Positions 49,460 through 58,712 of a stretch of 64,000 nucleotides of DNA are shown here, piece by piece (position 1 is the stretch's first letter; each line of letters opens with the position of its first letter). The notes under the pieces are model-generated. The model did no database searches. It worked only from the letters and a program-made list of their open reading frames with translations, and was not told where the DNA came from. The DNA lies in NCBI GenBank assembly GCA_965198235.1, contig OZ240248.1, forward strand, positions 1,408,001-1,472,000, written 5' to 3'. The position numbers and the translations under genes are program-made. This DNA comes from Candidatus Poribacteria bacterium (GTDB taxonomy: Bacteria > Poribacteria > WGA-4E > WGA-3G).

Positions 49460-51406
49460 ATGCGAAGATTTCCAATAGAAATCCCTCAGACTGTAGCTAA
49501 AGTACTAATTATCTTGCTAATTTTCGTTGCTGGATGTTCAGAAAACCCATTGGAAGATACCTCCGATTTTCCGCGTGGAATTGAGGCAAAAGAGGCACCG
49601 ATGTGGGCAAAACTCGTCGCAGACGGCAAACTCCCGTCTCTCGCCGAACGACTTCCACAAAACCCACTCGTCGCCAAGACGAATTTCGATGGATACGAAC
49701 GCCCCGGTCCCTACGGCGGGACGTGGCACCGATTTCATACACATCCAGATCTGGGCACCTGGAAAATGACAGCGGGTTATGCACCACTCATCCGATGGAA
49801 ATTTGATGCTTCTGGTCTGGAACCCGGTCTTGCTGAAACATGGGAGTTCAATGAGGACGGAAGTATGTTGACGTTGTATCTCCGCAAGGGGGTCAAATGG
49901 TCGGACGGACATCCCTATACCTCTGCCTCATTCGCTTTCTATTATGACTTGTGCCTTGATGAACGGCACAAGTACAGCCCACCGGTTTGGTGTAAGGTAA
50001 ACGGTATTCCGATGGAAGTCGAAACGCCCGATGATTACACAATTGTAATGAAATTCGCAGGTCCCAACTGGCTCGTGCCGCTCTGGTTAGCGACCGGCTT
50101 TTGGTGGTGCAATCAGTATAATATTCCGAAGCACTACATGATGCAATTCCACCCAGACGGCAACGCCAAATATACCGATTTCATTCAATTCGAGAAGGAA
50201 AACATCCCACATCAGACCCCAGAGCGTCCGACGTTGTGGCCCTGGCGGGTGACAAAATATGAAAAGGGCGGCTTCCGTGTTGGGCTGGAGCGCAATCCCT
50301 ATTACTATGTCGTTGATGAACTCGGACGGCAGCTCCCTTACATTGACAGAGTCAAGACGAGTTTGGTGCCTGAGCCGCAGGTTCGCGTCCTCAAGATCCT
50401 CGCGGGGGAGATCGACTGCCAATACCGCGGGATGGAGCTCCGAGATCTCGCACTCTATTTGAAGGGACAGGAGAAAGGGGGCTATAAAGTACGTCGCTGG
50501 AAAAGCACGGCTGGCGCACAACCCGCTATCTTGATTAACTGGACCGCCCCCGACCCTGCGCTAAGACAACTCATTCGGGATCAACGTTTCCGCAAGGCGC
50601 TTGCATACGGCGTTGATCGCGAGAAGTGTAACGAAATCGCATGGCGCGGCTTGTTGGAACCCCAGGCGGCAACCGTCAGCCAAGAGGGATGGCACTTCGC
50701 TGATGAAGACGGGCAAACCCTCTTTGAGGAATGGAAACGCGCCGATGCAGACTTTGATATTGCCACAGGAAACCGACTTCTCGATGAAATGGGACTCACA
50801 GCACGCGATAAGGATGGCTATAGACTGCGTCCAGATGGCAAACGGATTGAGATACTCATGGATGTACCGAGTTCTAATCTCAACAGTCAAGAGAATGACA
50901 TCGGGCTGATTATTCAAGAAGGATGGGAGCAGCTCGGCTTGGAAACCCTGCTCTATACGCCTCCCGGTGCCGAATTAAGTTTGCGGCGCACGCTCGGTAA
51001 ATTCACAATCAGTATGCACGGTGAGGCGGAAATGGATCTCTTCACGTATCCTGATTGGGTGTTTCCGACACTCCCCAAGTACTGGCACCCGAAAGTAGGA
51101 AAATGGTATGAAACGGGGGGTGAAAAGGGTGAACCCGCCACCGGACCCTTAAAACGGTTGCTTGACTTATACGACGAAATTAAGCGAGAACCCGATAAAA
51201 AACAACGACATCAATATGTCCGGGATGCCGTCAGGATTCACATCGACGAAGGACCATTTCATCTCGGTTCCGCAGCGCGTTCGCCATCCCTTCTCGTCGT
51301 AGCGAACCATTTTCACAACGTCCCAAACGACGGCATTTTGGGTCCATGGGCGATTGTCACCCCCGCGACCAGTTATCCCGAACAGTGCTGGCTATCTAAG
51401 GAATAG
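49460..51406 (+). CDS. ABC transporter substrate-binding lipoprotein (family 5)
   Basis: Lipobox VAGC, LRKGVKWSDG, RNPYY, QLPYID, FRKAL. Confidence 0.9.
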   Translation: MRRFPIEIPQTVAKVLIILLIFVAGCSENPLEDTSDFPRGIEAKEAPMWAKLVADGKLPSLAERLPQNPLVAKTNFDGYERPGPYGGTWHRFHTHPDLGTWKMTAGYAPLIRWKFDASGLEPGLAETWEFNEDGSMLTLYLRKGVKWSDGHPYTSASFAFYYDLCLDERHKYSPPVWCKVNGIPMEVETPDDYTIVMKFAGPNWLVPLWLATGFWWCNQYNIPKHYMMQFHPDGNAKYTDFIQFEKENIPHQTPERPTLWPWRVTKYEKGGFRVGLERNPYYYVVDELGRQLPYIDRVKTSLVPEPQVRVLKILAGEIDCQYRGMELRDLALYLKGQEKGGYKVRRWKSTAGAQPAILINWTAPDPALRQLIRDQRFRKALAYGVDREKCNEIAWRGLLEPQAATVSQEGWHFADEDGQTLFEEWKRADADFDIATGNRLLDEMGLTARDKDGYRLRPDGKRIEILMDVPSSNLNSQENDIGLIIQEGWEQLGLETLLYTPPGAELSLRRTLGKFTISMHGEAEMDLFTYPDWVFPTLPKYWHPKVGKWYETGGEKGEPATGPLKRLLDLYDEIKREPDKKQRHQYVRDAVRIHIDEGPFHLGSAARSPSLLVVANHFHNVPNDGILGPWAIVTPATSYPEQCWLSKE

Positions 51407-51646
51407 CGATCAGCCGTCGGTTTCCATCAGCAGTCAGAGACTGCTTGCAGTCCGAAGACCCATTCCCTCTTCGCTGGTGAGGTTTGTAACCCCGTCAATT
51501 TTCTGGTGTATAAGGACCGTAGGTTGGGTTGAACGGAACAGAGAAGGACAATTTCAATAACCTAAATACACTTCAAAACCATATACCGTCATGTCTACTC
51601 AAGGAACGAGTGAAACCCAACTTAATACTGACAGCCAATAGCCAAT
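51401..51646 (+). repeat. Composite intergenic repeat: heptamer-type arms enclosing two REP hairpins
   Basis: Arm GAATAGCGATCAGCCGTC, REP at 51471, split REP GTAGGTTGGGTT (51519)...AACCCAAC (51621), arm CTGACAGCCAATAGCCAAT. Confidence 0.65.
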
Positions 51647-51663
51647 AAAAAGGAGATACACCC

Positions 51664-52650
51664 ATAATTACCTATATCATTCGTCGATGTTTGATCGCAA
51701 TTCCGACACTCATGGCGATTTCCATTATCTCTTTTATCATCATCCAACTCCCGCAAGGCGATTACCTTGATCGGGAAATTCAGCGCTTAGAAGAGGAGTT
51801 CGGCGATAGCAGCTCACTGGCGCATGTTGAGGAATTGCGGGCACGCTACGGCTTGAACGAACCCTTGTGGAAACGCTACTTTATTTGGATAAGTGGCTTT
51901 GTGCGTGGCAACTTCGGCGAGTCGTTTGAGTATAAACGAGAGGTCGACGAACTGATATGGGATAGAATAGCCTTCACTCTGATTATTTCTGTCGGATCGC
52001 TCATTTTCACCTATGTTGTCGCTATCCCTCTCGGTGTCTATTCCGCAACGCATCAATACCAATGGTCGGATCATTTTCTCACCTTCCTCAGTTTCGTTGG
52101 GATGTCAATACCGGCGTTTCTCTTAGCATTATCGTTGATGGTTTTTGCATTTGACATCTTCGGCGTTCCGTTGTTTGGGCTGTTCTCCGCTTACTATGAA
52201 GGCGCGCCGTGGACCTGGGGCAAACTCAACGACCTTTTCAAGCACCTCTGGATCCCTGTCATTGTTGTCGGGATTAACGGGACTGCAAGTTTGATGCGAA
52301 TTATGCGCGGCAACCTACTTGACGTTCTGGGACAGCCTTTCGTCCAAACGGCGAGAGCAAAAGGACTTAAAGAGATCGTTGTGGTGAGTAAACATGCCGT
52401 GCGGATTGCAATCAATCCGCTTATCAGCATTTTGGGGATGAGTCTACCCGGCATTCTCTCCGGTTCCGCGATCGTCTCAATCGTCTTGGGGTTACCGACA
52501 GTCGGACCGATTCTCTTACGCAGTTTGTTGAACGAAGACATCTATCTTGCAGGGACGTTAATTATGATGCTGAGCCTCCTTCTGGTTATCGGCAACCTGT
52601 TCGCAGACATAGCCCTCGCTTGGGTAGATCCGAGGATTCGTTATGAATGA
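51664..52650 (+). CDS. ABC transporter permease (OppB-like); apparent start codon ATA
   Basis: AAGGAG RBS then ATA-ITYIIRRCLIAIPTL; GNFGES, TARAKGL, KHAVR, DPRIR. Confidence 0.85.
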   Translation: MITYIIRRCLIAIPTLMAISIISFIIIQLPQGDYLDREIQRLEEEFGDSSSLAHVEELRARYGLNEPLWKRYFIWISGFVRGNFGESFEYKREVDELIWDRIAFTLIISVGSLIFTYVVAIPLGVYSATHQYQWSDHFLTFLSFVGMSIPAFLLALSLMVFAFDIFGVPLFGLFSAYYEGAPWTWGKLNDLFKHLWIPVIVVGINGTASLMRIMRGNLLDVLGQPFVQTARAKGLKEIVVVSKHAVRIAINPLISILGMSLPGILSGSAIVSIVLGLPTVGPILLRSLLNEDIYLAGTLIMMLSLLLVIGNLFADIALAWVDPRIRYE

Positions 52651-53746
52651 GATACAAAGCATCCATGATCAGGCAATTGAAGCTATGGAAGAAGTTAAGG
52701 ATGCGGGCGAAATAGGACAACTCAGTTATCGCCAGCTGATATGGCGACGGTTTCGCAAAAATCGGATGGGGGTTATTGCGGGTGCCCTCTTGCTGGTCTT
52801 TTACATTCTCGCCATCGGTGCCGATTTCTTCGCGCCCTATCACTACAACGAAATCAATATGCGACTGCGGCACGTGCCGCCCCAACGTCTTCATTTCTCG
52901 GTCGAAGATGGGTTCTACGTTCACGGGTTAAAATCCGTCCGCAACCCAGACACTCTTGAGTTAGAATTCACTAAAGACTTGGCGAAACGTCATCCCGTTG
53001 AATTCTTTTTCAAGGATGCAGACGGCAGACGGCACCTCTTCAGTTCCGCTGGTCCCATGTTCCTGTTAGGCACCGATCGGATGGGACGCGACCTGCTATC
53101 GCGAATCATGTACGGGGCGCGCGTCTCAATGACACTCGGCTTAGTCGGTGTTTTTCTTAGCATCATTCTCGGTTCTATCCTCGGCACTGTATCTGGATAT
53201 TGGGGCGGATGGGTAGACAACCTCATCCAACGCGTTATTGAAATCCTTTCGGCGTTCCCGGACATCCCGCTGTGGATGGCACTCGGTGCCGCGCTACCGC
53301 CCGGTTGGTCGAGCATCCAAATCTACTTCGGTATCACCATTATTTTGTCGATTATACGTTGGGGCGGATTGGCACGGCAGGTGCGTGGAAAGGTCTTGTC
53401 ATATCGGGAGAGTGATTTCGTTATGGCGGCACGTGCTGCTGGTGCAGGGCATTGGCACATCATCACAAGACATTTGCTACCCGGGTGTTATAGTCATATC
53501 ATCGTTATTGCCACACTCGCTATTCCCGGCATGATTCTGGGGGAGACCGCACTCAGTTTTCTCGGTTTGGGCATCCGTCCGCCGATGACGAGTTGGGGTG
53601 TCCTATTGGAGGAGGCACAGCGTGTCACCGTCCTGCTCCATTATCCGTGGCTCATTTTCCCGGCAGTCCCGGTCCTCGTCGTTGTAATTGCCTTTAACTT
53701 CTTAGGAGATGCCCTCCGCGATGCTGCAGATCCGTACTCAGACTAA
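52643..53746 (+). CDS. ABC transporter permease (OppC-like)
   Basis: LGTDRMGRD, FVMAARAAGA, ETALSFLGLG, LGDALRDAADP. Confidence 0.9.
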   Translation: MNEIQSIHDQAIEAMEEVKDAGEIGQLSYRQLIWRRFRKNRMGVIAGALLLVFYILAIGADFFAPYHYNEINMRLRHVPPQRLHFSVEDGFYVHGLKSVRNPDTLELEFTKDLAKRHPVEFFFKDADGRRHLFSSAGPMFLLGTDRMGRDLLSRIMYGARVSMTLGLVGVFLSIILGSILGTVSGYWGGWVDNLIQRVIEILSAFPDIPLWMALGAALPPGWSSIQIYFGITIILSIIRWGGLARQVRGKVLSYRESDFVMAARAAGAGHWHIITRHLLPGCYSHIIVIATLAIPGMILGETALSFLGLGIRPPMTSWGVLLEEAQRVTVLLHYPWLIFPAVPVLVVVIAFNFLGDALRDAADPYSD

Positions 53747-53816
53747 AAGTCGATCGTGGGAGGGCTTTGTAAGCCCGATTTACAATATGCGTGTGCCGTC
53801 TCGGTCCCCGGGCCCG

Positions 53817-54026
53817 GTAGGTGCGGTTTTATGAAGTTTAAGAATTTAATTCGGTAATCCCAATTTTCCTCAGTCATGGTAGGTGCGGTTTCCTTGGGGA
53901 AATCCGCAGAAACACCCTATCAAAAACCCCAAGCAAAGTGTTTTTGCTTGGGCGTTTCGCAAAAACACCGCACCGGGCATCTCTACAACATTACCGAATT
54001 ATTTTTTATCCACATCCAACCGCACC
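53817..54026. repeat. Four-level nested repeat (REP / ATGAAG arms / REP / CCCCAAGC element)
   Basis: GTAGGTGCGGTT at 53817 and 53879, ACCGCACC near 53966 and ending 54026, AATTCGGTAAT/ATTACCGAATT arms, central 53895-53952 element. Confidence 0.75.
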
Positions 54027-54293
54027 GGACTCCTCACGAGCGTATTGCATTCCATCCCCCTCGCTGAAGAGGTACAACCAGAAGCCCTGCCTGTTACTGG
54101 GGAGGGGTGCCGACTGATAACCGATAACTGACTGCTAACCCCTGATGACTATTTCAGCCCCGTAGGGGCGACATCTGTGTAGAAGTAGGTATAATATAAC
54201 AACCAGGTTTCCCCGTAGGGGGTTTTTGCTTGGGTGTTTCTTCAGCATTTGTATAGGAACTTTTTCGCTAAATTGACACCTATGGAGAAGAAT

Positions 54294-55124
54294 ATGCCAA
54301 CAGATACAGACCTCGGATTCTTCGCAACAGATGTTTCGTTCACCGACAAATCAGCAATCGTGACAGGTTCCAGCCGCGGTATTGGACGCGCAATTGCGAT
54401 TGAATTGGCACGCCAAGGTGCTGACGTGCTTATCAACTACAACCAAAATCGGGATGCCGCCGAATCCGTCCAGCAAGAAGTGGAAACACTCGGCAGAAAA
54501 GCGGTTATTATCCAAGCCGACATCAGCGACCTCGATGCACACCAAAAACTACTCGATACCGCACACGACGCTTTCGGGAAAGTGGATATCCTCATCAACA
54601 ACGCCGGCATCACCCGTATCGCTGACATTCTTGAAGAAACACCGGAACAGTTCGACCTGATTGTCAACACCAACCTCAAAGCAACCCACTTCCTTACACA
54701 ACGCGTCGCAAATTACATGGTAGCAAACGAGATTCGTGGGTGTATTATCTATACCCTCTCGATTTCTGATATAATGGCATCCGACAACCGAACCGCCTAC
54801 TGTATCTCAAAAGCGGGGTTAGAGATGAGCATGCGCGCCTTTGCGGGACGCTTGGCAGCGCACGGCATTAAAGTGAACGGGATCGCTGCGGGTGTGATCG
54901 ATACAGACCTATCGCGCGTCCGTATACCGGATTATGAGGAAGCAGCGGAGAAAGGCTATATCTTCATGGTCCGCGCGGGTGCTCCTGAAGATGTCGCACA
55001 CGCCACTATTTCTGCGATGAAACTTTACGATACTGGAGTCGTCCTCCCCGCCGCCGGCGGTGTGATGACCCCCCTGTTAAATCTCAGATCCATGGCAGCC
55101 CTCAATATGAACAAAAAGAAGTAA
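54294..55124 (+). CDS. Short-chain dehydrogenase/reductase (SDR)
   Basis: TGSSRGIG, NNAG, YCISK. Confidence 0.9.
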   Translation: MPTDTDLGFFATDVSFTDKSAIVTGSSRGIGRAIAIELARQGADVLINYNQNRDAAESVQQEVETLGRKAVIIQADISDLDAHQKLLDTAHDAFGKVDILINNAGITRIADILEETPEQFDLIVNTNLKATHFLTQRVANYMVANEIRGCIIYTLSISDIMASDNRTAYCISKAGLEMSMRAFAGRLAAHGIKVNGIAAGVIDTDLSRVRIPDYEEAAEKGYIFMVRAGAPEDVAHATISAMKLYDTGVVLPAAGGVMTPLLNLRSMAALNMNKKK

Positions 55125-55126
55125 TC

Positions 55127-57808
55127 ATGGCTTTACACCCCGACTTTCCCGAATCTCCACACGCAATTATTGATCCCAAGGTCCGCTGGCTTCCAGATCA
55201 GTCCCTGCTGTTCGATTTGGAATATGGGATGCTACTCCCACCACTTGTGCAAAAGATTCGAGAGCAGGTCAAAACGTGGCGTGATGACAACTACAGTGGT
55301 GCTTCCGAAACAAGCAAAGCACTTCTCAATTGGTGGTTCAATACCCCTCACCTGCGAGAACAGGCCGACGGGACAATGACAGAATTTCAGTACTACTTCG
55401 CCCAGCGCGAAGCACTCGAAACCATCATCTACTTGTACGATGTTGTCAAGGTGAAAGACCAAGTTGATCTGTTCCGCTTTGATAGTTCCGGTGCCGTTTC
55501 GACAGGATTATTTGACGAAAACTGGCGACGGTTTGTGATAAAAATGGCGACAGGCACGGGCAAAACAAAGGTGATGAGTCTCGTAATCGCGTGGAGTTTC
55601 TTTCATAAGTTATATGAACAGGACTCGGAACTCTCGCGTAACTTCCTCGTCATTGCCCCTAATATCATTGTACTTGACCGGCTCTACCACGATTTCCAAG
55701 GTTTACGTATTTTCTATGAAGATCCGGTACTGCCTGATAACGGCTTTGAAGGAAATAATTGGCGTGACGATTTTCAACTCACCCTGCATGTACAGGACGA
55801 GGTGCGTGCCACTCATGCCACTGGCAACATTTTTCTCACAAACATCCACCGCGTCTATTCCAGCGATCAATCCCCGCCGGCACCCGATGATGAAAACAGT
55901 ATGGACTACTTCTTAGGCAAAAAACCGACAGGGGCAACAACAGATTCTAAGGTAGACCTCGGTGACATCGTCCGCAACATCGATGAACTGATGGTCCTCA
56001 ACGATGAAGCACACCATGTTCACGATCCCAAGTTGGCATGGTTCAAGTCCATTGAGGATATTCGCAACCGCCTCTTGCAGAAAGGCAGCGAATTGGCGTT
56101 GCAAGTAGATGTAAGTGCTACCCCCAAACATAGCAACGGTGCAATTTTTGTGCAGACGGTCGCCGATTATCCGCTTGTAGAGGCGATTTCGCAAAACATC
56201 GTCAAACACCCTGTTCTTCCTGATGCTGAAAGCCGAGCAAAACTTGTTGAACGCCAAAGCGTCAAGTACACCGAGAAATATGCAGACTACCTTGAACTCG
56301 GTATTGTTGAATGGCGCAAAGTTTATGCAGAACACGAAAAACTCGGTAAGAAAGCGATCCTGTTTGTGATGACCGATAATACGCGGAACTGCGATGAGGT
56401 GGCGATTTACCTCGAAAACCGCTACCCGGAGCTCAAAGATGCCGTTCTCGTCATTCACACCAAGCAAAACGGCGAAATCTCCGAGGCGACGTCTGGGAGA
56501 AACAGAGAGGAACTTGAGAAACTCCGTAAGCAAGCAAATGAAATTGATTCGTTGGAAAGCCCATACAAGGCAATCGTCTCCGTGTTGATGCTTAAAGAGG
56601 GATGGGATGTCAAGAACGTTACCACTATTGTTGGACTCCGCGCCTATTCCGCTAAACCCAATATCTTACCGGAGCAAACTCTTGGACGTGGGCTACGTCT
56701 GATGTACGCCGGAACCGAGAAGGAATCCGTAAGCGTCATCGGCACCGATGTCTTCATGGAATTTGTTGAGTCAATTAAATCGGAAGGGGTCGAATTGGAA
56801 CGCCAAGCCATGGGTGAAGGCACTAAACCTAAAGCACCTCTCGTAGTTGAGGTAGACAAGGCAAATGTCAACAAGGATCTTGACGCGCTTGATATTGACA
56901 TTCCGATATTAACGCGCCGCGTCTATCGGGAATACACGAACCTCGCGGACTTGGAAGTTGCGCGGGCCAATTTTACACCAGTGGCGTATCAAGCGTTTGA
57001 CGAGACATCGGAACGCGAAATTGTTTTCAAGGACATGACAACTGGCGAAGTTACACACACTACGGTGTTAGATGGTAGTGGAGCCGCGGATTACCGCAGC
57101 ACCCTCGGCTATTTCGCAGAGACTATCCGTAAAGACCTCCGACTCGTCAGCGGTTACGATGTCCTGTACGGAAAGGTTAAAGACTTTGTGCAGGATCAAC
57201 TCTTTGGTGAGACCGTGCCGCTGAACGACCCGAATACCTTATACAGTTTGTCAGAATTGCCTGCCACAAAGACTGTCATTGAAACCTTCAAACGCGCTAT
57301 CAACGACCTCACAGTCCGGGATAAAGGGGAAGCTGAGTTGAACGAGACTATCAGAGCGCAAGATACACGACCTTTTATGGTCAAAGAGCAGGAGTCCCTG
57401 ATTCCCCAAAAATCTGTATTCAATAGAATCACCGGCGATAGTCATTTTGAATTGGAATTCGCCGTATTTTTGGAAAACTGCCCTGATGTCCTCTCTTACG
57501 TCAAAAACTACCCCGGAGTACATTTCAAACTCGACTACATAAACGCCGATAGCGACCTCTCTAACTACTATCCAGATTTCCTCGTCAAGTTGACGGATGG
57601 ACGTATAATTGTTGTTGAAACGAAGGGCAGAGAAGATTTGGACGTGCCGCTCAAGATGCGCCGATTGTCACAATGGTGTGAGGATGTCAACAGAACCGCA
57701 ACAGATGTTGATTATAACTTCGTCTATGTTGACCAAGAGAGTTTTGACGTATACAGACCGGAAACCTTCCAGCAACTCCTTGATAGCTTCACGGAGTATA
57801 GAATTTGA
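55127..57808 (+). CDS. res: Type III restriction enzyme Res subunit
   Basis: MATGTGKT, DEAHH, SATP, LKEGWDV, EQTLGRGLR, YPDF..VETKG nuclease motif. Confidence 0.85.
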   Translation: MALHPDFPESPHAIIDPKVRWLPDQSLLFDLEYGMLLPPLVQKIREQVKTWRDDNYSGASETSKALLNWWFNTPHLREQADGTMTEFQYYFAQREALETIIYLYDVVKVKDQVDLFRFDSSGAVSTGLFDENWRRFVIKMATGTGKTKVMSLVIAWSFFHKLYEQDSELSRNFLVIAPNIIVLDRLYHDFQGLRIFYEDPVLPDNGFEGNNWRDDFQLTLHVQDEVRATHATGNIFLTNIHRVYSSDQSPPAPDDENSMDYFLGKKPTGATTDSKVDLGDIVRNIDELMVLNDEAHHVHDPKLAWFKSIEDIRNRLLQKGSELALQVDVSATPKHSNGAIFVQTVADYPLVEAISQNIVKHPVLPDAESRAKLVERQSVKYTEKYADYLELGIVEWRKVYAEHEKLGKKAILFVMTDNTRNCDEVAIYLENRYPELKDAVLVIHTKQNGEISEATSGRNREELEKLRKQANEIDSLESPYKAIVSVLMLKEGWDVKNVTTIVGLRAYSAKPNILPEQTLGRGLRLMYAGTEKESVSVIGTDVFMEFVESIKSEGVELERQAMGEGTKPKAPLVVEVDKANVNKDLDALDIDIPILTRRVYREYTNLADLEVARANFTPVAYQAFDETSEREIVFKDMTTGEVTHTTVLDGSGAADYRSTLGYFAETIRKDLRLVSGYDVLYGKVKDFVQDQLFGETVPLNDPNTLYSLSELPATKTVIETFKRAINDLTVRDKGEAELNETIRAQDTRPFMVKEQESLIPQKSVFNRITGDSHFELEFAVFLENCPDVLSYVKNYPGVHFKLDYINADSDLSNYYPDFLVKLTDGRIIVVETKGREDLDVPLKMRRLSQWCEDVNRTATDVDYNFVYVDQESFDVYRPETFQQLLDSFTEYRI

Positions 57809-57947
57809 TGTCATAACGTGAATTCGATAAAAGTGCTTTGTAGCACAAATTGTTAGTTTGTGGCATCGGGCTTTTCCCTCCGCCGCTGGTAAGGTTTCCC
57901 AATCTCGCCCCTATTCAATTGACAAATATGGTGAGTTTTAAAAATAA

Positions 57948-58071
57948 TAGGACTTACGCATTTCCTCTTAAAGTCCCCTGATAAGGGGGATTTAGGGGGT
58001 TAAATACAAGAAAATGACGACTTTTCAGCAAAATAGGTTTCCCTTCATCTGTTCAACTTGCGTAAGTACTG
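57948..58071. mobile_element. MITE, second copy, 5-bp TSD AATAA
   Basis: AATAA-TAGGACTTACGCA...TGCGTAAGTACTG-AATAA; same internal AAGTCCCCTGATAAGGGGGATTT.GGGGGTTAA core. Confidence 0.8.
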
Positions 58072-58635
58072 AATAAGTAGACATCGTATAGATATTTTTT
58101 TACCGGTTTCTCCCATCCTATCAGAGAACTGACTGTCTCAGATGACAAAATCGTCACGTACGCCCCAAAAGATAAGCACCTCCGGCTCTCAAAATACTCA
58201 TACTCTAAGTTAATCCTATTTTCACATTCGTTTTTTCACGGAGAAGGCGAATATTGCCTCTTGGCAACCCACGGCCCGTCTACGTCCGTGAAAACCTCCG
58301 TGAAGCCTCCATGAAAGTCAGGATTTTTTTCGGAATATTTACAGTCAGATATACGATTATCTGTTCAGTGCCGAGAAAGTTTTATGGCTGATATAGATCG
58401 GTATGAAATTTTCATAGCAACTTTCATAGCACGCTTTGACGAAAACCGTCTAAAACCCAATACAGGTCAGGGTTTATCCCTTTTACGACACCTATTGATT
58501 TCTCAGCTTTGCTATGAAAACTGTGAAAATATCCTCGGCTTTGCGAATGTGTAGACATTTCAGGAAATACTGGATCCGTCCTTTTTCGCTGGCAAAGTTA
58601 GAAACCGAATGCCTCTACGGAAATCCGAAAACCGC

Positions 58636-58665
58636 TTGACATACCATACCAATTTGTGCTAAACT
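58636..58665 (+). promoter_or_regulatory. Sigma70 promoter of the ParA-like gene
   Basis: TTGACA-18-TAAACT with TG extension. Confidence 0.55.
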
Positions 58666-58712
58666 TTAAAAACATTCTCACAAGTTTTCTCATCTTTGAG
58701 AGGGGTGGCACT

